Assembly: GCF_009914755.1 (NCBI RefSeq)
Contig: NC_060946.1
Length of the DNA: 64,000 nt
Origin: the human T2T-CHM13v2.0 reference genome, Homo sapiens
Reading direction: 5' to 3' (one strand)
Notes under the pieces: model-generated
Database searches by the model: none
What the model was told of the DNA's origin: nothing
What the model saw: only the letters and a program-made list of their open reading frames with translations
Translations under genes and position numbers: made by a program
Shown: in pieces, positions 42,076 through 56,546 of the stretch
How the letters are laid out: each line of letters begins with the position of its first letter
Numbering within the stretch: position 1 is the stretch's first letter

Positions 42076-43402
42076 TAAGATTTAATTCTTTACAACAAAG
42101 CAATAACCACGCAGTGAGTGGGTTCCAGCGCCCAGCGATGAGCTCATGCACCAGTGTCAGTGGAGAGGCATGTTGTTGGCCTTGTGTCTCCAGACTTGGA
42201 GACTGACCTGTCCTGGGCCTGCCCTGTCCACTCATGCCTGATTCTTGCCTGGGCTTGGTCAGTACAGGTACACTGGCCACTATCTGCAAAGCTGGAGCAG
42301 CATAAAACTAATGATCCCAAGGGTGAAGCAAACAGAAGCCTTGCTCTTGGCAGCCTGAGCTCATCACCAAGAGTCCACCAGCCTGGACATGGCCTCGTGT
42401 CCTGGCATTGTGGAGCAGTGAAAAGAGCTTGGTGTTGGGGTCAAACAAAGCCAGGTTCCAATCCAGCTCCGAACCTTAGACGCTGGATGACCTTGGGAAA
42501 GGTAGATAATCTCACCAAACCTCAGTTTTCCCACTTGTAACAAGGGCCTAATATGAGTCTCATAATATAAGAATGAACTAGAACAACCTACCTGAGGTAT
42601 CTTAATGCAGTGGCCAACAGATAGTAGATACTTATAATTCTTCATTCAAGAGAGGGTGGCCCAGGAGAAAGAGCATGGGATTTGGGGTCAGACAGATCTG
42701 GTTTCAAATGCTGGTTCTGCCAGCTGTAAGTTGTATAACTTTGTACAGACAGCAACCTCTCTGAGCTTCAGGTTCCTCATCAATAAAACAAGGTTGACAA
42801 CAACTGCCTTAGAGAAAATGGCAAAACCAAGAAAGGGTGTGGGGGGCAAGGGTGTGATCAGAGTTCAGTGAAGAGTATCTTACATCAACAGTAAAAAGTT
42901 GATCTTCCCCTCTTCCTTTTCTTGGAGTGGAGCATGGGAGAATTCATTCATTATTTCATGCATCCAGCCAAAATTTAGAAACATTATCTGCCATGTAGAT
43001 AAATAATGATGTAACTTGGAAGGTGGTTAGACTGAGCTGTTTGCTAAGTGCCCTTGCCAATCTGGGGACAGCGCAGTTGTGGGGAGATGGACTCAGGTCT
43101 TATCCTCGACCAGAACGAAGGTAGCCCCTAGAAGGTAGAAGGCATGGGGCCAACTACGATGGAACATTAGAAGCCCCTGGTCTCTGCCCCAGGTATCCCC
43201 AGTAACACCTGTGGCCTCTGTCTCCCTCGGCCTTCCTGAGCCAACCCATGGCACGGTTCTGGCTTAGCGAGTGACTAAAACTCCATTCTGGTGATACTTT
43301 TGGGTTCTGTTTCCTGGGTTTCCCTCTGGGGCTTATTGAAACTCTGGGACATTTTGCCCCCGCTCCCAATTCCCTCTCTGTTAATAGCTGACCCTGCTTG
43401 GC

Positions 43403-44093
<691 letters not shown>

Positions 44094-44419
44094 TTAGTCT
44101 TCTCTGAAGATCCCTGCTTTGCAGTGCTGTTGGTCTAAACTCTAACCCAGCCCTCTCTGGCAATGATAAATATTCATTTGGTAGAGACTGAACTGTGGTT
44201 GGAAGGAAGAGTGAGGAGAATAGTTCCAGGTCAAACTTAGCATGCCAAGCTCCTCTGGATGGTAATGAGTCAGGGCTAGATAGGGGTCTGTTTGAATGAG
44301 AGTCTGATGCCTTCCCTAAGTGCAGTAGGAGTCAGTGCCTACTAGTAGAGTTCAAGGCCATGAGCCAGGATTGAAGGAGGGTAGACGTAGGGTCAATATC
44401 AAGAGTGGTATCTTTTACA

Positions 44420-45680
44420 AATTCATTCTGTAAGCACCTACTAAGTGCCAGGTCCTGTTCTAGGTGCTAGAGACACGGTGGTGAATAAGATCGATGTGGT
44501 TGGAGACAGGCAACAGACACATAAATACATCACTATATTGTATGTTAGCTGGGAGATGAGCTACAGAGAAAAATAAATCAAGAGAAGGGGACAGAGAACG
44601 CCATGGGTTAGAATGGGTTCAAGTTTCAACAGTGCAGCCAGGGAAGCCCTCTATGAGAAAGCAGTATCTGAGTAGAAATCTGAACTAGGTGTGGGACGGA
44701 ATCATATGAACATCTGGGAGAAGATTGTTTCAGGGCAAGGGCAAGGGCAATGGCCTCGAACTTGGAGCACACCTGTTGTGTTCAGACGACAGCCAGGGCT
44801 TCATATCTATTAGAGCTCTTATTGCCTAAACCCCTTCTGCATCATGGGGATGAGGTCTGAGAAATAACGGTGGTGTACAGGTGGCAGCGGGTGTAGATCA
44901 TGTAGCACCTTGTCAGACATGGCAATGACTTAGACTCTTTGTGGGATGGGGCCACTGGATGGGGTGGAGTGCTAGAAGGGTGACCTACACTTTGCAGTGT
45001 CATCCTGCTCTGCTGAGAATATACTGAAACAGGGCAAGGGCAGAAACCAGAAAGCCAGCTAGAAGGTGGCTGCATCGAAGGGTGAGAGATGGTTGGATTC
45101 TGGAGGGATCTGGACCTTGGGATTACAGGGTTTGTTAACGGATTTGATTGGGTGTGAGGGTGGGTGGTGAGAGAAGGGGCAAGCAAGGAAGACTCCAAGG
45201 TTTGGGGTCTAAGGCACAGTTGCCTAAGGTAACTTGGATGGGAAAGGCTGAGGAAGGCACAGGTTTTGGGGTGGGGAGAAGATCAGGAGTTCAGTTCTGG
45301 AACTGTGAGGGTGAAGGCCCATCAGACATCCAGGGGAGACACCTCATAGCAGTCTCTGATATGTGAATCTGGAGCTGCGGGTTTTCAAACCATGACACCA
45401 GGTTAGAGCAACAAAGGAATGAAGGTGTGTGTGCAGGCAGGGAGAAAAAGAGGACCAGGAGCCCTGAGCCCAGCCCCCAGCCCCCAGCCCCCAGCCGGTG
45501 TTGAAGCTGAAGGGTAACCCAGTGACGCCAGGAGGGACGCTGGTGAGTGTGTCATCCTGGAGCCAAAGTGGAGGGGGTGTTTCAAGGAGGAGCAATGGAC
45601 CAGCTGTAGGTCAAATTAGGTAAGATGGAGCAGTGACCTTTAGAGGTCACTGACCTTAGCAGGCGCAATTGCAGTGCAGT
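44420..45680 (-). mobile_element. L2 fragment
   Basis: Antisense 3' end aagcacctactaagtgccagg..taggtgctagagacac followed by a long degenerate L2 body. Confidence 0.8.
45644..45656. promoter_or_regulatory. Perfect IR1 nuclear-receptor motif AGGTCAcTGACCT (FXR/RXR-type)
   Basis: Exact motif present; function not shown. Confidence 0.4.
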
Positions 45681-47576
45681 GGTAAATGGCAGCAGGGCCA
45701 CTCAGAAGTGGCCTCTGCTCTGGCCCTGAGAAGTTAACTCAGAATTCCAGGGGAAAGGCGAAAGTGCTTTTTAAAGAAGAGGGGTGGGGTAGGGAAACAA
45801 GGCATGCCCCTCCAATGTTCCCCTGGGATCTGGGGAGTCCAGGTGCGGGTGGTCATGGGAGAGATCGGGGGACAGCTTTCTTGGGCAAGGTGTGTCTCTG
45901 ACTCAGCCATTGTCAGTCGCATACAGGCCTCTGTGGGTGCCCGGCAGAACTGGCCTATAGGCAGTTTCTGGTGGTGACCTTGGCAGAGGGTGTTGACAGC
46001 AGTGGGATATCACCACCTTCAGTCAGAGTTGCAGAATCAGAACAGGAGGAATAATGCCACTTGTTTGCCAAGAGGACAAATTCTGGGAGACCTTGTGACA
46101 GGCCCTCTCAGAGCCGTTGAGGAAAGGCTTGCAGGGGCTAAAATGCTTAAACAGTGGAAGCAGAGCCAAAGAAATCTTGTTTTATGATGGCCATAGTGAT
46201 GGTTTACACTCAGACTGGTGAGGCCAGAGCTAAAATAATAGGAAGCATTTAGTGAGCACTTACTATGTGTCAGCTGGGCACTCTCTAAGTGCTTTATGCA
46301 TGTTCTGATGTTTTAAAGCATAAATGATCCTTCTCTGAGGAAAAACACTGCATACTACATATTCTCTAGGTTGTTCGTTTATTATCTGCCACTTCCTCAT
46401 TAGATGATAACCTCTTGAGGGCAAGATTTGTTGATTGGTGCATCCCCAACTCCTAGAACAGTGCCTGAAATATAGTAGATGCTTAATAAATACTTGCTGA
46501 GTGAGTACATGACTACGAGTCCCCTAGGCATTGAACTTGATGAGCCCTCACTGTGAATCCTTACTGAGGGTAAAGCTGGGAACAGCAGCCATCCTTTATT
46601 AAGCACCAACTGTGTGCAAAGTGCTAAGCCTGTGCCCTCTAAATATAGGTCGATATCCTGCAACCACTGAGAGCTGTGTTTCTGGTCACTGACTCAGTTT
46701 AGAACATTCGTCTCCATCCTTCTCACCAAACATTTGCTCTCCTCACTACCAAAATCTTGCTCATTTATGAGCTGTCCTCCTCCACGGAGCCACCTCTGAT
46801 AGAGCTGGCCTGCCTCTGGCCCCAGCCTCCCTTCAGCCCCCTCAGCACAAGGTTGTGGGTCTGAGCTGCGATTAAATTAAAATGACTCATTAAATCACAA
46901 AAACTATAATACAATGACTGCTTCTGCTACTCCTTCTACGACTCACCGCATTTGTTCTGAGCACTTGCCGCGTGCCGGGGCTCTGCTGTCCCTGTCCAGG
47001 CCTCATCTTGTTTCACCCTCCCACCACCCCAGAAGGGCATCCTATTTCTTTTATTTTGCAGACAAGCAAGCAGCCCCTGCTCTCGGCCAGTCACCTAACC
47101 TCCTTCTGGGGGTCCTGGCTCCTTGTCGATCTCTGATCGACAGGAGATCAGAGAGTTCCTGAAGCAGAGATGGTGGGGCAAGGCTGAAGTGCAGAGTGGT
47201 GAATGCCATGTTTTACCATGGGGAGCATGCATGGGGGGCCGGCTTCTCTGGCGGAAGTGTGTGGGAAGCAGAGAAATGGAGCGGGGGTGAGTGGAAGCCC
47301 CAGAATGCAGCAAGGGGAAAACCGAGCACTCTGGGGAACAGCTCCAGCCTCCCCCAGAACCACTGAAACCACCAGAAGGGTCAGGGGTTGGTCCCAAACA
47401 ACATGGACTTCCTCCTGGCAGTGAGCCAGCTGGAGAACCTCAGCAGAGGCCAAGAAGAGCCCCTCGGGGCCCCTGAGGAAGATGTATATATGGGGGTTCC
47501 ATCAGCAGCACTGCCCCTCTCCATCTCTGCCTGAGCTCTCCTTTCCCCCCAGAAAACCAAACAGTAGAGCCTGCTG

Positions 47577-47621
47577 GGGTCAAAGGGTCAGGTTGTATGA
47601 AAGGTCAAAGGTCACGGGTCC
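47577..47621 (+). promoter_or_regulatory. Compound nuclear-receptor element (DR2 + perfect DR1)
   Basis: GGGTCAaaGGGTCA at 47577-47590; AGGTCAaAGGTCA at 47602-47614; function not shown. Confidence 0.5.
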
Positions 47622-48125
47622 TGTGGGCCTGCAGATACAGATCCCATGACTCCAAGTCAGGCCGGTGGGAGCTCCTTCCTAGTCCCAGGGAACAACCCCA
47701 GGGGCCCACACTTGGCCACCTCCAGAAATTCCCAACTCCTGACTCAGGCTGTCTCTAGAGGGGCTGCAGCTGCCTCCAGAAGACCCTGACTGCCCCATGA
47801 CGATGACGCATAGGGAGCTTCCTGGGGAACGGCTGGCTCCACCTCAGGAAGGGCCCAGGCCCAACAGACTCCCCAGCAGGGGCCTACACCCAGCCACCGC
47901 TGGGCTTCTTAGCCCACCAGAGACCTTCACTGGCTCCCCACGTTTCACAGGAAAAGTCCCTATTTCTGGCTTCCGAGGTTTCCACCACCCTTTCATTCTC
48001 GTCTATGGAATCTTTAAGAAGCCCCACACTCCAAAGGAATCTTTATTCTTGGGTGTTGATTTATCCCATACACTTAACGCCCATTGTGCCTTTCATCAAT
48101 CCCTCCTTTGGCCAACACAGACCAA

Positions 48126-48251
48126 GGGGTCACCCCAGGCCAGGCCCTCCAGGCCTTGTCCTAACAGAAGCCAATGAGAGAGCCAGGGGGGTCACCCCAG
48201 GCCAGGCCCTCCAGGCCTTGTCCTAACAGAAGCCAATGAGAGAGCCAGGGG
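48126..48251. repeat. Exact 62-bp tandem duplication
   Basis: ggggtcaccccaggccaggccctccaggccttgtcctaacagaagccaatgagagagccagg occurs twice, period 62. Confidence 0.97.
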
Positions 48252-48410
48252 CCTGCTCTCACGGAGCTCACGTGCTTGTGTGGAATTCTCATCCCCATTT
48301 TCCATATGAGAAATTGAGGCTCTGAGAATACGTAGGCAGCACAGCAGTGGTCTGCACACAGGCTTGTCTGACTCCAGAACTCTTCTTTTAATCCCCATCC
48401 TTTCTCATAA

Positions 48411-48890
<480 letters not shown>

Positions 48891-50235
48891 TGAACACTGC
48901 CCAAGCAACCAGACCATCCTCTCCTGCTGCCGCAGACCTGATATGTGAAGAGTTGGTCCTGAGCAAGGCAAACAAAGTTCTGCAGAATCTCGCCTTGTCT
49001 TAGCTCCTCCACCCGGCTCCCCCTTCCCCTCACTCTGATCTGCACTGTAAATTCCAGCAAGTCCTCAGACGTTCCCTGAGCATACCATACAGTCCTACAC
49101 CTTGATGCCTTTGCTCCTTCGGCACTTGCTGAAAGGGAAGGTGAGCGTCTCCATGTAACATTGGCCAAACCCTTGTCCAAAGTCTCCAGATTGAGAAATC
49201 ACTTTCCTGTGCTTTTCCTGGTGGGTGGAGCCTTGTTCAGGGCCAGAGAGGCCTCCAGAAATTCTCCCTATCTTAGTCACTCTTCTCTCCATGGGCCCCA
49301 CAGCTGGCCCAGAGAAGGAGGTGGAAACTCCCTGGATAGGAAGGGACTTCTAACCTCTGCTCCCCCTGCAAGGACAATGTGAGACTCAGCACAACTCCAA
49401 GTCCTTCCCTCCCAAGTCTGGCACTGGGACTGAGGGACTAGAGAGCAGAGCAGAGGCGCAGAGGCTGGGAACTGGTCTGGGGAAGGTTGGAGGAAGGAAA
49501 CTAACATCGAACATTTACTGAGAACTATGGAGTTCCAGCACTTTTTGCAAAGGTCATCTTGTTAAATCCCATCACCCCAATGAGGTAGGACTATGATAAT
49601 TCCCATTTTATCTGGGCTAAAACGAAGGCTCAGAGAAATGAAATTACTGGTTCAAGATGGCATCTCCAGGTTCAAAACAGTGAATGCTCTTGTCACTTTC
49701 ACCCGCTGCCTTCAGACCCACCACACTGACTGTTCCAGAGGGGAAAGCAATCTTGAGAGCCCTTGAAAGCTAATCCTTGAAGCATTCAAACGTTACATGG
49801 CAAGATCACCTAATTCTGGTCCAAGGGGCTCCCATGATGATGGAGAAACAAAGACCAGAGAAGTTTTGCCTGGTTCCAACATCTGGAGGTGGCAGAACCA
49901 TGATTCCAACTCAGATCTTTTGACTCCGAGCTCAGTGTTCTTTCCATTAGTTTATCTACTCTAAAGACAAAGAGCTTTCTTGCCCAGGAAATCATGCCCC
50001 AAGCCTACTGCAAATCCCATAAGCAGAGCTTCCATTCTTCTGTCCTCCAAGGATGGAGGAGGAAGAACACTTTGTCATTCTGTTGTGGGCAACCTTCATC
50101 TACCACGGTGGCCCCAGCCCCAACTTCTCACACACCAATGCCCTTCTATGACAAATACCACTTAATGCCCCTTGTACTATGTTGAAACAAAATTCATAGT
50201 GAACCTACGTACACAATTTTTTTTAAAAAAGTTAA

Positions 50236-50607
50236 AACGTGGCCCATATGCACCATGGAATACTATACAGCCATAAAAAAGAATGAGTCCACGTCCTTTA
50301 CAGGGACATGGATGAAGCTGGAAACCATCATTCTCAGCAAACTAACACAGGAACAGAAAAACAAACGCCGCATGTTTTTACTCGTAAGTGGGAGTTGAAC
50401 AATGAGAATGCATGGACACAGGGAGAGGAACATCACACACTGGGGCCTGTGGGGGTTGGGGGGCTTGGGGAGGGATAGCATTAGGAGAAATACCTAATGT
50501 AGATGACAGGTTGATGGGTGCAGCAAACCACCATGGCACGTGTATACCTGTGTAACAAACCTGCACATTCTGCACATGTATCCCAGAACTTAAAGTTCAA
50601 TTAAAAA
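50236..50607 (+). mobile_element. L1PA7-like 3' fragment
   Basis: L1 3'UTR and poly(A); TSD aaaaaagttaa. Confidence 0.95.
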
Positions 50608-50671
50608 AAAAAAGTTAACTGGAGTCCCCTAACTGTAACATAAAGCAAAAATCAAACAGAAATAATTTATA

Positions 50672-50811
50672 GAGGGATAGCATTAGGAGATATACCTAAT
50701 GTTAAATGACGAGTTAATGGGTGCAGCACACCAACATGGCACATGTATACACATGTAACAAACCTGCATGTTGTGCACATGTACTCTAAAACTTAAAGTA
50801 TAATAAAAAAT
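50672..50811 (+). mobile_element. L1PA4/5-like 140-bp 3' fragment
   Basis: gagggatagcattaggagatatacctaatgttaaatgacgag..; TSD aataatttata. Confidence 0.93.
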
Positions 50812-50894
50812 AATAATTTATAATGAAAATGGACAGTCTGATGCTTGCACCTATGCATAGAATTGCCATGCATTTTACAACTATACATGCCGAC

Positions 50895-51280
50895 TGATAT
50901 AGTTTGGATGTCCCCTCCAAATCTCACGTTGAGATGTAATCCCAGTGTTAGAGGTGAGGCCTGGTTGAAGGGGTTTGGGTCATGGGAGTGGATCCCTCAT
51001 GGTTTGGTGCTGTCCTCAGTATAGTAAGTGAATTCTCTCTCGTGAGATCTGGTTGTTCAAAAGTGTGTGGCACCTCCCCTGACTCCTAGCCACCTCTCTC
51101 ACCATGTGACTTTGCCTTCCACCATGAGTAGAAGCTCCCTGAAGCCCTCACCAGAAACTGAGCAGGTGTCGGGGCCAGTCCTGTACAACCTGCAGAACCA
51201 TGAGCCAGTCAATCTCTTTTCTTGGTAAATTATCCAGTTTTGGGTATTTCTTTATAGCAATGAAAGAAAAGCCTAACACA
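50895..51280 (+). mobile_element. MSTB-type solo LTR
   Basis: tgatatagtttgg..ctaacaca termini; TSD cc(g/a)ac. Confidence 0.92.
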
Positions 51281-51489
51281 CCAACTGAAATGTTTCATTA
51301 ACAACTCAAATGCCAGAAGTAGGATTGCCATTGTCATCAGTGACTTGATTTTTTGAAATGATTAACAACTCTCGGAAATGTTTCAAATAAAGCAAAGTAT
51401 AATTGTCCCTTAATTGACACAGTGGTTGCACTTTTTTTTGGGGGGGGGGTGGTTTGGAGGAAAAGCAAATATTGAAAGTGCTTCCTGCC

Positions 51490-52686
<1,197 letters not shown>

Positions 52687-53059
52687 TGTGATGGTTAATA
52701 CTAAGTGTCAACTTGATTGAAGGATGCAAAATATTGATCCTGCGTGTGTCTGTGAGGGTGTTGCCAAAGGAGATTAACATTTGAGTCACTGGGCTGGGGA
52801 AGACAGACCCACCCTTAATCTGGTGGGCACAATCTAATCATCTGCCAGTGAATATAAAGCAGGCAGAAAAATGTGAAAAGACAAGACTGGCCTAGCCTCC
52901 CAGCCTACATCTTTCTCCCGTGCTGGATGCTTCCTGCCCTCAAACGTCGGACTCTAAGTTCTTCAGTTTTGAGCCTCAGACTGGCTCTCCTTGCTCCTCA
53001 AGCTTGCAGACAGCCCCTATTGTGGGACCTTGTGATTGTGTAAGTTAATACTTACTAAA

Positions 53060-53109
<50 letters not shown>

Positions 53110-53148
53110 TTATTAGTTCTGTCCCTCTTGGGAACCCTGACTAACACA
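52687..53148 (+). mobile_element. MLT2A1-type HERV-L 3' LTR containing (AT)22
   Basis: tgtgatggttaatact..gaaccctgactaacaca, ~460 bp. Confidence 0.92.
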
Positions 53149-54040
53149 CTGCCTAAATACTTTGTGTTTGAATTTAATATGGAATTAGGTTCTAGGCTCA
53201 GATAATTATAAATGACTTTTCACCTATATGGTGTCTGGTAGGACCAAATCCAACAGTCCTGTGGGTAGCAGGACAGCTGTTGGCTGTGCAGAGTATCCTG
53301 TATGCATTCCCAGTCCCCCTGACTATCTGCCCATAGTGCCCATTGCTTGTGATGATAACCAAAAGTCTTCCCACAAGTTTCCAAACTGCATTTCAAGGGA
53401 GGGTCCTGTCCCCATGGAGGACCATTAACCACATCGTTAAGATTTACTCATAAGATTATATCCCAACCTCTCAATATCTCTCTAAGTTCTTTAAGCCCTG
53501 TATTCAGTTGTGGTCGCCAGATGGAAGAGACAGAAGCAAGAGGAGGTGGAAGGAGCCCCAGAATCAGACAGGGAATCCAGCTTGCCTTTCCACTGCTGCA
53601 TTCCCAGGCCTAGCCAGCACACATGAGGTGTTCAACAAATATTCATGACATGAAATTATTAGCCGTGTAGGCTTGGGGAAATTATTTAATCTTCCGGAAC
53701 TGTCAATTCCCTCTTGGTAAATGGATGGTCACACCATGGGGCTCTTGAAAGGACCAAATATGAGAAAGCCCAGGATATGTACAAGGGGCTCAACGACTAT
53801 TAGTTGACCATGAAAATCGTGGTCCTGCTACCATCAGGCTGGGATGAAATTCTCAATCATGGCACAGCTAACAGAAGAGTGTTTTCAAATCAGCCTGTGA
53901 CTAGACTACTTGACATTTTGGAATGTAATTTCTTCCAACCTTGAGATCTGGCAGTTCTGAGACCCTTGTCTTGACAGAGCTGGTGGTGAGGAGAAATGTC
54001 CCCATCCACCCTCGACCTGCCTGATTCCTACATTCCTACC

Positions 54041-54646
54041 ACCCCCAGCACTCACCCACCCCCAGCCAGCACCCACGGCACCCCCAGCCAGCACCCACGC
54101 ACCACCAGCCAGCACCCACCCACCATCAGCCAGCACCCACCCACCCCCAGCCAGCACCCACCCAGCCCCAGTCAGCACCCACGGCACCCCCAGCCAGCAC
54201 CCACGCACCACCAGCCAGCACCCACCCACCATCAGCCAGCACCCACCCACCACCAGCCAGTACCCACCCACCCCCAGCCAGCACCCACCAACCAGCAGCC
54301 AGTACCCACCCACCAGCAGCCAGTACCCACGCACCCGCAGCCAGCACCCACCCACCAGCAGCCAGCACCCACCCACCCCCAGCCAGTACCCACCCACCCC
54401 CAGCCAGCACCCACCCACCAGCAGCCAGTACCCACCCACCCCCAGCCAGCACCCACCCACCAGCAGCCAGTACCCACCCACCACCAGCCAGCACCCACGT
54501 GCCCCCAGCCAGCGCCCACCCACCAGCAGCCAGCACCCATGCATCCGCAGCCAGCACCCACTCACCCCCCAGCCAGCACCCACGTACCCCCCAGCCAGCA
54601 CCCACCCGCCCCCAGCCAATAGCCACGCACCACCAGCCAGCACCCA
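54041..54646. repeat. C/A-rich minisatellite, unit ~21 bp (ccagccagcacccacccacca variants), ~28 copies
   Basis: Read directly; gives a 7-aa periodicity in the ORF track. Confidence 0.97.
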
Positions 54647-56546
54647 TGCAGGCCTGCGGCCCTTCCTTGATTGAGTCTAAAGGAAGGTCTCCCTCCATTC
54701 TGCTCCTGCCCTGCCCTTCGGTTGAAGGAGAGGAGAAGCAAACAATTACTGAGCACCTCCTGCATGCTTGGAGCTTTATTCTTCCCCAAGTTATGCTGCT
54801 AAATCTCGTTCTCGAAGTGGGATGAAGGGGAGTGACATCCCACACATGAGGAAACGGGGCTCAGAGATGGTAAGTAATGTCATGTGCCCAGGGTCTCAGA
54901 GTGGGCATGAGGTGGACATTCCTTTTGGAGTGGTCTTCCCTTCCACCACAGTCAGGGGAGGTTGACAGAAGGCACATGCAGGGCCCCCCGTGGGCAGAGC
55001 TCACATCACACCAGCCTCCCACCGTCTACCCTAGCCCACACCCACAGTGCCCAGGCTTCTGAAATTCACCAGGCTCTGAGGGTGGGGCTCCTCTGTCCTT
55101 CCCCACTGGTTCAGAGGGGCGGTGTAAAGACAGACAGGGAGAGAAGATGAGGAAAATGTCAGCAGGCCTCAAATGCCAGGGGTACTGGGAGTGAGTTGGA
55201 ACCAGAGCAATGGATAGATTTTTAGCAGGACCAAAGAGAAACTTTGAGTATATTTGAGAGTGAGATGCTTTAGAAGACTATGATGGGCCAGGACACTTCA
55301 CACTGCCCAGGCAGCTGGTCCAGGGTCAAGGAAACACTGGCGTCATAGATATTGTAAGGGGTTCCTGTCTTACAATGTTCCTCTCAACCTCCCATTTCCA
55401 GTCTGTTCCCTCTAGCAGGGGGAGCTCCCGGGGTACACGGTGTCCCAGCCAGCTCTTCAATCTAGAGGACAGCAGCTGCTGCCAGCCTCTGAGGGCTGGG
55501 AGGTGGAGAGTTGAAGCCCACTGGGTCATCTGCTGGTCAAATGCTGCAGGGGGCAATGCATCTTCAGTTCTAGTGTTAACCTTGCTGCAAAGGTGCTGTG
55601 TGACCCAGTGCCGGTTACTGTTGCTTTCCTGGCCTCAGTTTCCATATTGCCAAGTTGAGGGGATTGGACTAGTTGATTACCAAAAGCTCTCTTTCCTTTG
55701 GTTTTTATGAGGAGCAGGAGCCCAGGGAAGAAATGGGACATGAGAGAGAGGCAAGGGGTGGCCGATAGAAGCCATGCGCGTGAGTCACGAGAAGGGGTGT
55801 GAGATCCCAAAAGGAAGCTGAGCAAATTTGCAGAATGTCAACACCCCAGGGCAGGTCACTCCTAGCCCTTCACTGACCCTGGAAGGGAGTGGGGGGACAA
55901 CAGCAAGGTCAGGCTTCCCAGAGGCCATGGGATTTAGCCAGCTTGCTCCTGAGGGCTGGCAGCCCAGTTTTGAGCACCTCTTGAAGGCAGTGGGGCAGGT
56001 GCTTCTGGTGGGGGTGCCTCTGAAACCCCAGAATGCAGTATAGTCCCAGAGAGGTCAGGTCCTGCAGATTTCTTTGGTGATAACAGCTGCTTTGTTTTGC
56101 GGGGAGGCCACAAAATTCCTTTTAAAGCAAGATTTCCTTCCTCCATTTATTTATTTACTTTTCACCCAGTGATTCAGCGAAACAACCTCAAAACCAGTCT
56201 CCAATGGGAGGCAGGAAGAACCAAACCCTCAAACATTAGTGTCTCTGTGAGGTTTTGCCTGGTGGAATTTTCCTTAAAATAACTGCACCCGGAGATTGTC
56301 GGATACGGGATGGGGAAGGGGAAGACCTGAAAACGGGGTCCTGCGGGGCTTGTGAATGACTCAGATGCTGGAGTGAGGAGTCTCAGGAGTCTGCCCTGAG
56401 TGCCACCTGTCCTTAGCGAGGGCTTGGGTGGGTGATGGCATCGGTTTTCTCATTTCACAGACTCCAGAGGGTGCCATCTTCCTGAAGACAGAACGAGCCA
56501 GTAGTTTGAACCCTAAGTGCAAGAGAAGGGACTCAAGGCAGCACGT

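Noticed and set aside
54102-54637. Chi octamers (GCTGGTGG) as functional recombination signals
   Set aside because: Chi acts through bacterial RecBCD; here it is a by-product of the repeat unit
53906-54845. Longest ORFs in the window (208-245 aa, both strands)
   Set aside because: Open only because the minisatellite unit lacks stop codons; low-complexity products
55412-55556. Two co-oriented CTCF-like motifs (ctagcagggggagc, gctgcagggggcaa)
   Set aside because: Both deviate at core positions; cannot be supported without PWM scores or ChIP data
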